Below are positions 10,701 to 19,753 of a stretch of 48,552 bases of DNA, one piece after another. Position 1 is the stretch's first letter, and each line of letters opens with the position of its first letter. Origin of the DNA: Prasinococcaceae sp. CCMP 1430 (Eukaryota; Plantae; Prasinodermophyta); contig RQSC01000020.1 of NCBI GenBank assembly GCA_013416795.1, positions 305,745-354,296 on the forward strand, given 5' to 3'. The translations under genes were made by a program, and so were the position numbers. Below the pieces are notes generated by a model, which had not been told where the DNA came from, searched no databases, and saw nothing but the letters and a program-made list of their open reading frames with translations.

Positions 10701-12332
10701 CGTCGCCTCCGCCGCCGCGCGGGCAACGAGTGCGTACGCGCCAATCGCCACGTCTCCAACGCAGGCACCCTCGACGTCCCAAACGCCTACCGCGGCCAGA
10801 ACGCACTCCTTCGGCGCGAAGCGCAGCACCTGAGCGACGGTGTCTGGGTCGTCGAGCACGCCGCTGCCGTCGCCATTTGTGACGCATCGCCGCGCGAGCG
10901 CACTGCACTCGCCGAGCAGCCACCCCTGTGCACAGGTTTCATCGGTCACAGAGCCACTCCCTGGCGCAGCGAGCCATCCACACAGCTCCGCCAAGACCGG
11001 AGCACCTTCCCGCACGCACTCATCGGGCACGCCCGCCAACAACGTGGTCAGCACATCGAAAGGGACCCCACCGTCCTCGCTGCCGACGCGAATTAGCGCA
11101 CGTGCTGTGCGTGCAAGCTTGGCAAGCAGAGCACCACGGTATGCTGGGTTGTGGCGCGCGGTGGACGTCCGAGCAGCATACGCCAGCTTGGCCACCAGCT
11201 CAACCCGTTGCCGAACCGAGCTGCCCTCAGACGCGCGCTCGCGTGTCGACGCAGCAGCGATCGCTTGCGCGACAGCCTGCACGCAGTCCGCCCAGAGCAT
11301 CAAGCTCGCGCGCGGCACCACGCGCGGGTCCGCCACGCGCACCAGCTGCATGAGCAGGTCCCAGCGCGCTGACGCACCGCCCGGCAGGGCGCCCGTGTAG
11401 CGACCGAAGAAGCGCGCGTAGTCCAGTATGAGCTCCGTCTGGAAGCAGCCTGCTTGGCCGAAGCGCTTGTGCAACATCGCGTCCTCGCCCGCACTCTTCC
11501 AAAGTGCGCCCACCACGAGGTCGACTGGCGGTACATTGGGCGTCGCGCCGCCGCCCTGCGCCCACCAGTTGCGCCGCGTAAAGTCTTCTACTGCCCGTTG
11601 CCGCACTACCCGGCTCGGGTGCAGCAGCACCTTGTGCCAGAGCGTCGCCATCCAGTGGAATTCGCGCGGGTCTGCCACGGGGTCAGCAGAGTCAGGCGCG
11701 CCGCCCGCCGCATGGTCGTGCATCTTCATGAAACGCTCCCACACGGGGAGCACGAGGTGCGCTTCGAAGCAGTCGAACGCGTCGTGCAGCTGCGCGAGGG
11801 TTGCCCAGTCGGCCGCTCGTGTCGCAACGCCCTCGACGAGTGACCGACCGCCGTCGCCGCTGTCGCGCATTTCGCGGGTCGCCGCGGTGGTCGCCAGTAG
11901 CGTTGCCAGCGCGCAGCGCCGCGACACCTTGCTGATTGCGCACAGGCCATTGCGAGAGAGCTCTAGGAGCATCCTGACGCCCTCGTCCGTGCTTGCCTCG
12001 GTGGCGAGGAGGTGTGCGTGGCGCGCGGCGAGCGCATAGGCGAGCTCGTGTCGCTCGCCCGCGTTTGAGTGCGCAGCAGCGGCGCGACTGAATCCGTTCG
12101 AGCCTTCCATCCCGTCGGTGCCGGCGCGACGCAGCTGCTCGACGGTCTCTCGCAGCTTCCCGACGCACGACATGCGAGCCGCGGAGCGGGGGGGAGCGCG
12201 CTCGAGCAGAGCGGGCAGGAGCGAGCGGAGTGTCTCCCGGCGCGCCTCGCAGTCGTCGGACTCTCGGACGAGCACGAGGCACGCCGACAGCAGCGCATCT
12301 GCGACGCAGTCGTCAGCGCGAGCGCCAGCCAT
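7724..12332 (-). CDS. TRM3: tRNA (guanosine-18-2'-O)-methyltransferase Trm3/TARBP1, exons 12332-8731 and 8612-7724, about 1496 aa (an extra 5' exon near 12380-12556 is possible)
   Basis: C-terminal SpoU domain (VASLIDKLPNQGG...RT, GLEQT, LVLGHEQRG, IEIP...RSLNVHVS) and a long helical N-terminal region. A phase-2 intron at 8613-8730 with a TACTAAC branch joins the two ORFs. Confidence 0.9.
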
Positions 12333-12703
12333 GGCCGGCTTCGCAAGCGCGCTCGGCGCCGTAAGCGCAAACCGCGTCCCTCACCTGCGTCCCCATCGCC
12401 AGCCTCGCCAGCGCGGACGGCCTCGGCGGCCGCCGCGAGCGTCCCCGCGAGGCGCGCGCCGGCGCCTCGCGTGCTTCTTTTCGGCCCTCGCGGCCGCGCT
12501 TTGACGGCGGGGGAAGGGGAAGGGGGACGTGGGGTTGAGGGTGGCAGCCGACGCATCCGCAGCGAGCCGCGCCGCGCCGCGCCACCTCGCGCGGGGCTCG
12601 ACCGGGCCGCATCTGCGACGAGTGAGCACGCTCGAACCGCCGCCAGCGGCGGCTCGCGCCTCGTGTGTGGCGACGTGCCGCCGGGCGTGGGCCCACCGAC
12701 AGA

Positions 12704-13069
12704 ATGCGCGCGCGGCTACGGTACGACGACGAGGGCCGCGGGCCTCCCGCGCGACCCGCGGGGAGGCACCCGGCAACGCGCGGGAGGGGCGGAGACGCGA
12801 GCGAGGCAGAGGTGCGAGCGCGGGAGCGTGGGCGGTCGGCTGGCCGGGCGGGCGGGCGGCGCGGTGTGCGGGTGGAAGGGGGGGTGGGAGGGGCACGCCG
12901 CCGTGCGCGCTGTGGCCGCGCTGGCGGCGGCTATCCCAAACCCTTTAAAACCCTCAGAACCCAAATACCCAACCCAAACAAACCCTCTGCTGACGCACAG
13001 CTACAGTACCTGCCGAGTGCCTCCTGGGACGGTCGCGGCGCCGTGGAGAGGGGGCAGCTGCGCCGCGAG

Positions 13070-13070
<1 letters not shown>
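12704..13070 (+). CDS. Putative spliced gene of unknown function, truncated by the poly-G run (exon 12704-12811, exon from 13001 or 13007)
   Basis: ATG 12704, donor GAG|gtgcga, GCTGAC branch at 12993 and in-frame acceptors. The peptide YLPSASWDGRGAVERGQLRRER was not recognised. Confidence 0.3.
12945..12986 (+). repeat. Degenerate telomere-like (A)nCCC tract
   Basis: CCCAAACCCTTTAAAACCCTCAGAACCCAAATACCCAACCCAAACAAACCCT. Confidence 0.5.
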
Positions 13071-13120
<50 letters not shown>

Positions 13121-13248
13121 GCGCGGTCCGCGGCCCGTTCATGGCGGCGAGGAGCCGTGCTCCTCGTGTTGCTCCATGGCCGGGGGGGGGTGCGCAGTGG
13201 CGGGGACATGTACGTACGTACAGTATGTATTATTGCAAAAGCTCGGGC

Positions 13249-14442
13249 TCACCTCCTGCGCTGCACCTCCCAGTCGAAGCCCAGCAGGTTGAGCCTCCGC
13301 CACTGGTCGCGGCTGAGCTTGCCCTTGGACGCTGCCGCGCGCTGCCGGTACGCCCAGTTCGAGAGCGCCGACGGGCTGATGGTGTCGAGGTGGCCCTGGT
13401 GCGTCTTCAGCGCCTTGAGCTGCGCGTACCACCTGTCCCAGCGCGCCTGGGCGACGTCCGCGCGCAGCCCGAGCGCTTCGAGGCGCGCCCGCTGGTGTGC
13501 GCTGAGCGTGCCCTTGCGCATGGCGCGCCGCTGAGCGCACGCCCACTCGTACAGCTGCCACGCGCCGTCCTCCGGGTCGCGCTCGCCGGTGGGGCGACGC
13601 GGCGCGCAGCTGCCCGTCTCGTTCTTGTGCTCGGCGAGCTCGACGAACTTGCGCTCCCACGCGGCCATGCGCGGGTCGAAGGCGAAGCCCACCATCGCGA
13701 GCATGCGGTAGTGCGTCGTGGGCAGCAGGCCATCCCGCCACGCGCGGCGCTGCGCGGCGCACCAGGGCCCGAGCTGCACGTCGCCGCCACCTTGCCGGCC
13801 GCCGTGCGGGGAGGTGGTGCCCTCGAGATGGGGCGGGTTCGCGTGGCCCTGCTCGAGCTTGTAGGCCACGAGCTGCGCGAAGCGCGAGTCCCACTCATCC
13901 CCGACGGCGCCCGCACGACTGCCCGGTCGACGCCGCTGCGCACGCGAAGGCCCCGCGCCCACGACGAGCGCGCCCCCCTCTCGAGCGCCGCAGGCGGCAT
14001 CGCCATCCCCGGCGCGGAGCGGCCGCGCGGCGTCGCCCACCTCCACCTCCAGCGCCTGGCCGGCCTCGTCGTCGTCGGACGTCCAGCCCGGGCGGGCGAA
14101 CCGCGCCCTCGCGCGGTCCACGAAGTCCCGCCGCCACGAGTACTGCTCGCGCAGCCGCGCGCGCTGCGCCGCGCGCGCCTCGTCGCGCGCCTGCCGCCGC
14201 AGCGCCTCCGCGGCGCGCTCGCGCGCGGCGAGCGCGTCGAGGAAGGACGCCGACGCGCGGGCGTCCGCGTTGTCGAACTCGATCGCGTCGTCGCCGTACG
14301 CCGCCGCGAGGTGCGCGTCGCCCATGAGCACCTGCTCGGCCCACGTGTGCGCGGAGCTCTCCGACACGCGCTCGGTGACCATGCCGAACAGCGTGGGCTG
14401 CGACGACCCGCCGGCGCCCGCGGCCGCGCGCGCCGCCGCGCG
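13249..14442 (-). CDS. Helicase-associated (HA, PF03457-like) repeat protein with three HA repeats; 5' end at a gap
   Basis: Three repeats of the W..RF..L..(Y/H)K...G...P...L..W...QR........L...R...L...GF pattern (WDSRFAQLVAYK..LGPWCAAQRR; WERKFVEL..LYEWACAQRR; WDRWYAQL..LSNWAYRQR..LGFDW). Confidence 0.8.
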   Translation of the reverse strand, partial: RAAARAAAGAGGSSQPTLFGMVTERVSESSAHTWAEQVLMGDAHLAAAYGDDAIEFDNADARASASFLDALAARERAAEALRRQARDEARAAQRARLREQYSWRRDFVDRARARFARPGWTSDDDEAGQALEVEVGDAARPLRAGDGDAACGAREGGALVVGAGPSRAQRRRPGSRAGAVGDEWDSRFAQLVAYKLEQGHANPPHLEGTTSPHGGRQGGGDVQLGPWCAAQRRAWRDGLLPTTHYRMLAMVGFAFDPRMAAWERKFVELAEHKNETGSCAPRRPTGERDPEDGAWQLYEWACAQRRAMRKGTLSAHQRARLEALGLRADVAQARWDRWYAQLKALKTHQGHLDTISPSALSNWAYRQRAAASKGKLSRDQWRRLNLLGFDWEVQRRR

Positions 14443-15035
14443 NNNNNNNNNNNNNNNNNNNNNNNNNNNNNNNNNNNNNNNNNNNNNNNNNNNNNNNNNN
14501 NNNNNNNNNNNNNNNNNNNNNNNNNNNNNNNNNNNNNNNNNNNNNNNNNNNNNNNNNNNNNNNNNNNNNNNNNNNNNNNNNNNNNNNNNNNNNNNNNNNN
14601 NNNNNNNNNNNNNNNNNNNNNNNNNNNNNNNNNNNNNNNNNNNNNNNNNNNNNNNNNNNNNNNNNNNNNNNNNNNNNNNNNNNNNNNNNNNNNNNNNNNN
14701 NNNNNNNNNNNNNNNNNNNNNNNNNNNNNNNNNNNNNNNNNNNNNNNNNNNNNNNNNNNNNNNNNNNNNNNNNNNNNNNNNNNNNNNNNNNNNNNNNNNN
14801 NNNNNNNNNNNNNNNNNNNNNNNNNNNNNNNNNNNNNNNNNNNNNNNNNNNNNNNNNNNNNNNNNNNNNNNNNNNNNNNNNNNNNNNNNNNNNNNNNNNN
14901 NNNNNNNNNNNNNNNNNNNNNNNNNNNNNNNNNNNNNNNNNNNNNNNNNNNNNNNNNNNNNNNNNNNNNNNNNNNNNNNNNNNNNNNNNNNNNNNNNNNN
15001 NNNNNNNNNNNNNNNNNNNNNNNNNNNNNNNNNNN
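14443..15035. other. Assembly gap (other gaps: 42851-43087, 43627-43655; single n at 6024, 16032, 18028, 24109)
   Basis: Runs of n. Confidence 1.
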
Positions 15036-15410
<375 letters not shown>

Positions 15411-15573
15411 CGCCACGCGCGCGATCCCCCGCGCAATCTCGGAAGTTATCGGTATCGCGCGCGCGCGCTTTTCCGCAGCGGCGCCACGAAATGCCCGCGA
15501 AATCCCCCCCGCGAAACGCCCGCGCGAAGGCCGCCTCGCGCCCGGCGGCCGGCGCGCGCGCGCGCGAAATCGC

Positions 15574-15590
15574 GGCGCGAAATTCGCGCC
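15574..15590. promoter_or_regulatory. Perfect palindromic double E2F-like site GGCGCGAA-A-TTCGCGCC
   Basis: 8-bp perfect arms. Further CGCGAAA copies lie at about 15497, 15511 and 15563. Confidence 0.35.
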
Positions 15591-15902
15591 ATCGCTTCGC
15601 TGATATTTCGGGATGCTTTCCCCCACCGCCCCCACACACACACACCACACCACCCCACGCAGGCGCGCCCCAACATTTATGAAACTCTCAAAAACATCAC
15701 GAGTCACATCAGAACGAGACTCTTCTCTGCGTCGGTTTCCGTTTCCGAATCCATCGCGCACATAGGAGGTTTACATGCAACACTGAAAAACATTTTAAGG
15801 CACGTCACTCGGAACCGATTCGCCGGATGCGCTGTGCGATGCGATTCGCACATTTGGACGCAGTGTGCGATTCGACTCGAGCGATCGCAGGCGCATCGGA
15901 GA

Positions 15903-15952
15903 GGTTTAGGTTTGGTGTTAGGGTAATGTAGAGTATGCAACTTAGGGTCTCA
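15903..15952 (+). repeat. Degenerate telomere-like TTAGG(G) tract
   Basis: GGTTTAGGTTTGGTGTTAGGGT...CTTAGGGTCTCA. Confidence 0.5.
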
Positions 15953-16032
15953 GAAGGTCCTGCAACGGTGTTCCCCCTCGCGCAGCGAGGGCGTGCGCCC
16001 GCCGGCGTGCGGCGGCCGCGCGCGCGCCGCAN

Positions 16033-16373
16033 CGGGCGAACCGCGCCCTCGCGCGGTCCACGAAGTCCCGCCGCCACGAGTACTGCTCGCGCAGCCGCGC
16101 GCGCTGCGCCGCGCGCGCCTCGTCGCGCGCCTGCCGCCGCAGCGCCTCCGCGGCGCGCTCGCGCGCGGCGAGCGCGTCGAGGAAGGACGCCGACGCGCGG
16201 GCGTCCGCGTTGTCGAACTCGATCGCGTCGTCGCCGTACGCCGCCGCGAGGTGCGCGTCGCCCATGAGCACCTGCTCGGCCCACGTGTGCGCGGAGCTCT
16301 CCGACACGCGCTCGGTGACCATGCCGAACAGCGTGGGCTGCGACGACCCGCCGGCGCCCGCGGCCGCGCGCGC
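16033..16373 (-). repeat. Exact 341-bp copy of the HA-gene 5' region (14093-14433)
   Basis: Identical sequence at a 1940-bp offset; both copies abut gaps. Confidence 0.9.
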
Positions 16374-16761
16374 TTTTCCGCACGCATTTTCGCGTGATTT
16401 TCCTGCCGAGATCTTGGGAAAAAACTTTTTATTCGTAACGGCCGTGCCCTGGTCGGGAGAGATCAGCAATCGTTCGTTTCATTATCAAAATGGGCGCGTC
16501 GCCGCCACCGGCCGGAGCAGCATGGGTCGCCACCGTGGGGGCGGGGCATGCCGACGGCCGCGAGCACCCGCGCGAGCCGAGAGCTCGGCGCGGCTGCTTG
16601 GGGCGCGCGTATTATCATTTCATTATGCGTGGCTCGTACTTGGCGTGCCATCGCCGCAGATGTGTGTGTATGGCCGCTTCGAACCACTTGGGCCCGCCGA
16701 GGCCTCGCTCCTTTCGCTGGGCTCGAGCGATCGCCGCGGCGCGCGTCCAGACTGCGCGTTC

Positions 16762-18009
16762 TCACGCGATGTGGAACTGCGTCACGCACAACGCTGCGCG
16801 CGGGTGCCCGGGGAGGTCGACCTCCTGCCACGGGGAGAAGAGGCGCAGCTCGCTGCCCGCGCCGACGAGGGCCGACTTGCCGGGCAGAACGACCACGACG
16901 GCGTCGCCGACGTCTCGCGCCTCTGCCATCCAGGGCGAGCTGGCCGCAGGCTCCAGCACGTCGCACGAGCACGTCAGCGCGGGTCCATCGCGCGCGTATG
17001 CCTTGACCCGGAGCGTGGCGTCGGCCGGCATGTTGGGGCGCTCGGCCAGCTGCCGAGCGAGCCTGTCCGCCGCCGCGCGCTCCTGCGCGACCAGTCTGCC
17101 GAGCCGCTTCACGGCGCTCGCGCCGGAGCGCGCTGCGCCCCCACCCAGCGGGCTCGTCTTGGAGCGCGGCGCCGCGCCCTTGTCGGCGCCAGCGGCGAAG
17201 CGCTCCTCGCCCAAGTGCGCGAGGAAGCCCATTGCCCCACCCGCGGGCAGGGATTGCGACGGCGACGCAGGCTCGGCCTCGGCGGCCGCGCCCTGCTCGG
17301 GGGGTGCACTCTCCGCGTCGGGCTGGGCGGTGGCGTCCATGGCATTTCCGGAAAGGTGCTCCTGAGGCACCTGCGCGCTGTCATCGCTGCAGCCGATGTC
17401 GTCGATGGCCACCACATTGCGACGAGTCGGCGTGCGCTGTTTTCTCGGCGAGAGGACGCGCTCGCCGCGCGACTGCCAAGGTGGGAGCTCAGCTGCGGCC
17501 TGTGCGTCTTCTGGCAGCGTCGCCAGCTGCTGGGCGAAGGTCGCGGCAGCCGGGCGGCTTTCCTCATCCCCGAGTGTTCCTCCTGCCCCGTTGCCGTGGC
17601 GTTCTCGCCTCTTCCTCGGCGGTGGCGCTGCCGAGAACGGGCCGCGGCGCGCTCGTGCCCCTCCCCTCGCCCGACCATCGCGCGCGTGTGGCAGCTGCCT
17701 CTTGCGTCGGTCCGAGTGTTCCCGCCGCTGCTGGTGTGAATGCTGCGGACGTGGCTGCTCTTGAGCTCGTCCGCGCGCCCCCTGCTCTGTCTCCTCCTCC
17801 TCCTGCTGCTGCTGCTGTCCCTGCTGCTGTCCCTGCTGCTGCGGCTGCGCCAGGAACGCCAGCGGTTGTTGCTGCGCCCCGCCGCCATTGCGGGCACCCC
17901 CTTGCACGCTGCGCGACGTGGCACCTTCTCCCACGCGCGTCGACCCCGACGGATCAGTGGCCTTGGCCGGCCGCTGCGGAGGGCGCGTCGTCTTCTTTTG
18001 CCACGGCAT
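16762..18009 (-). CDS. Low-complexity/Gln-rich protein with a C-terminal SPIDR (DUF4502)-like OB segment, about 415 aa
   Basis: KRLGRLVAQERAA...LRLFSPWQEVDLPG resembles the recalled SPIDR segments RLNGLQNRERSA and VRIFPPWQKLIIP. The ATG at 18009 lies close to the n at 18028. Confidence 0.5.
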   Translation of the reverse strand: MPWQKKTTRPPQRPAKATDPSGSTRVGEGATSRSVQGGARNGGGAQQQPLAFLAQPQQQGQQQGQQQQQEEEETEQGARGRAQEQPRPQHSHQQRREHSDRRKRQLPHARDGRARGGARARRGPFSAAPPPRKRRERHGNGAGGTLGDEESRPAAATFAQQLATLPEDAQAAAELPPWQSRGERVLSPRKQRTPTRRNVVAIDDIGCSDDSAQVPQEHLSGNAMDATAQPDAESAPPEQGAAAEAEPASPSQSLPAGGAMGFLAHLGEERFAAGADKGAAPRSKTSPLGGGAARSGASAVKRLGRLVAQERAAADRLARQLAERPNMPADATLRVKAYARDGPALTCSCDVLEPAASSPWMAEARDVGDAVVVVLPGKSALVGAGSELRLFSPWQEVDLPGHPRAALCVTQFHIA

Positions 18010-18092
18010 GACGACCGCGGGCGCCTCNGCGGCGCGCGCGCGCGCGCGGCTCCGACCTCGTCGCGCGCGGTAGCGCGCACGCGTCGCGGCGG

Positions 18093-18986
18093 TTACAGGG
18101 CGTCGCCGAGGCCGGCGCTGTCGAACGCGGAGGAGTCCTCGTCGAACTCGTACTGCGCGGGCACGAGCGAGCGAGGCGGCAGTGGGGTTTGTAAAGGAAG
18201 CGACACCGCATGTCAGCCATGATGGGCGCGAGGCGAGCGAAGACTCGCGCGATGGAGGGAAGTGCCGAGCGATGGGAAAGGTGGGGACGCTGACAAATCC
18301 GCTGCTGCTATAGCACAGGCGCGGCGGCCGCGGCTGGCGCCGCGACGTACGTTCGACGAAGGCGCCCCCCCCCTTCTTCCACGGCGACCAATGCCGCCAC
18401 CGCCACGTCTCCCGCCACCTTCGCTTGGGGCGCCGCCACTCGTGCCCTCGAGGCTGTCCTTGCCCCCGAGCTCGGGCGGCTGCACCGCGCTCTGCATGAA
18501 GGTCATGGTGATGCTCGTGACGAGGAAGAGCCCTCCAGACACGTACCCCAGCACGAGGGCCGACCACAGGTACGCCGATTCGAATTCGTAGGAGGTGCCC
18601 GACTCGATGCGGCCCTCGAGGTTCTCAACGAAGCCCTTGACCGAGTGGAAGTGGAGCGCCGCGTTGATGACGTGGAACGCCGTCCAGTACCCAGCAGCGA
18701 GCACGAAGGCGAACGAGAAGGATCGCGAGCGCTTCTTGGACACCGTGGCGCGCAGTAGGACGCAGCCCGAGAGCACCGTCCACACCACCACCAGGACGCA
18801 CACGCAGATGCCCGTCGCTGCGATGCCGTTGAGGATGCCCTGCGAGAAGTCGCCGTCGGCCCACGCGATGTGGTTGTTGAGCTCGCGGATCTCGTTCCAC
18901 AGCGCGACGCTCAGGAGCCCGAAGCAGAGCGCGATGAGCTCATTGATGCCCCACAGCGACCACACCACTTTCCGCGCCGACGCCAT
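18093..18986 (-). CDS. Four-TM membrane protein of unknown function, exons 18986-18351 and 18152-18093, about 231 aa
   Basis: Four hydrophobic helices. Phase-0 intron AAC|gtacgt...GCTGAC(18213)...gcag|TAC, with last exon YEFDEDSSAFDSAGLGDAL*. Confidence 0.7.
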
Positions 18987-19753
18987 CGCGCTGCGGCGCC
19001 GCGGCCCGCGCGCGCGCGGCCCTGGCGCACCCGCGAAGCCCCCTCTCGACCGAGCCCCCCCTGCCAGCCCTGGTAGCCCGGGGTGCGCTCAAACCCGGCC
19101 GCGCGCGCCCGCGCGCGCACTCACTGGCAGCGTACCCGAGAGCCTCGGATCGCTACCCCCCCCCCCCCCCCTCTTCCCCTCTTCCCCTCTTCTCCCCCAG
19201 CACACACTCGCGCGCCGCGCGCAGCCGCGCGCTCACCCTGCAGCTGCTGCTTCTCTGCACCTGCACAGCAAGCAGCAAGCACAGCGAGCAGCACGCAGCG
19301 CCCGCGGCGGCATCTGCGCGCTCGGGGAACGCGTTTGAACCCGCCCCAACCGACCTCGGATGCCGGCGCCTTCGTTTTGACGTACGCCGTATATGAGGTA
19401 CAAGACAAATTCAGGGTTAAATTTTGCCACGTATTTGAATGTCAACATTCGCTCGTACGAATCGGATGAGGTTTGGGTTCGGATTGGCGCAGGGGAGGCG
19501 CTGTCTGCGGGCGCGCAGGCGCTGTCTGCGGGCGGGGACGGGCGCGTGTCCGCGCTCGGGCTCAGGCCGGCGCGAGCGCGGGCTTGTCTTAAGGGCGGCA
19601 GGCAGGAGGGGACGCGTGTCTTTGGCTGGCCGACGAGGGCGTCCTGGGGGGAGTGCGGCGGGGGAGCGAGGGACCGCTGACCGTGCACGCTCATGAGGAT
19701 AGTACAACAATGTGGATGCATGTTACGAATCCCGGCGCAGCGCGGCGGCGCGC

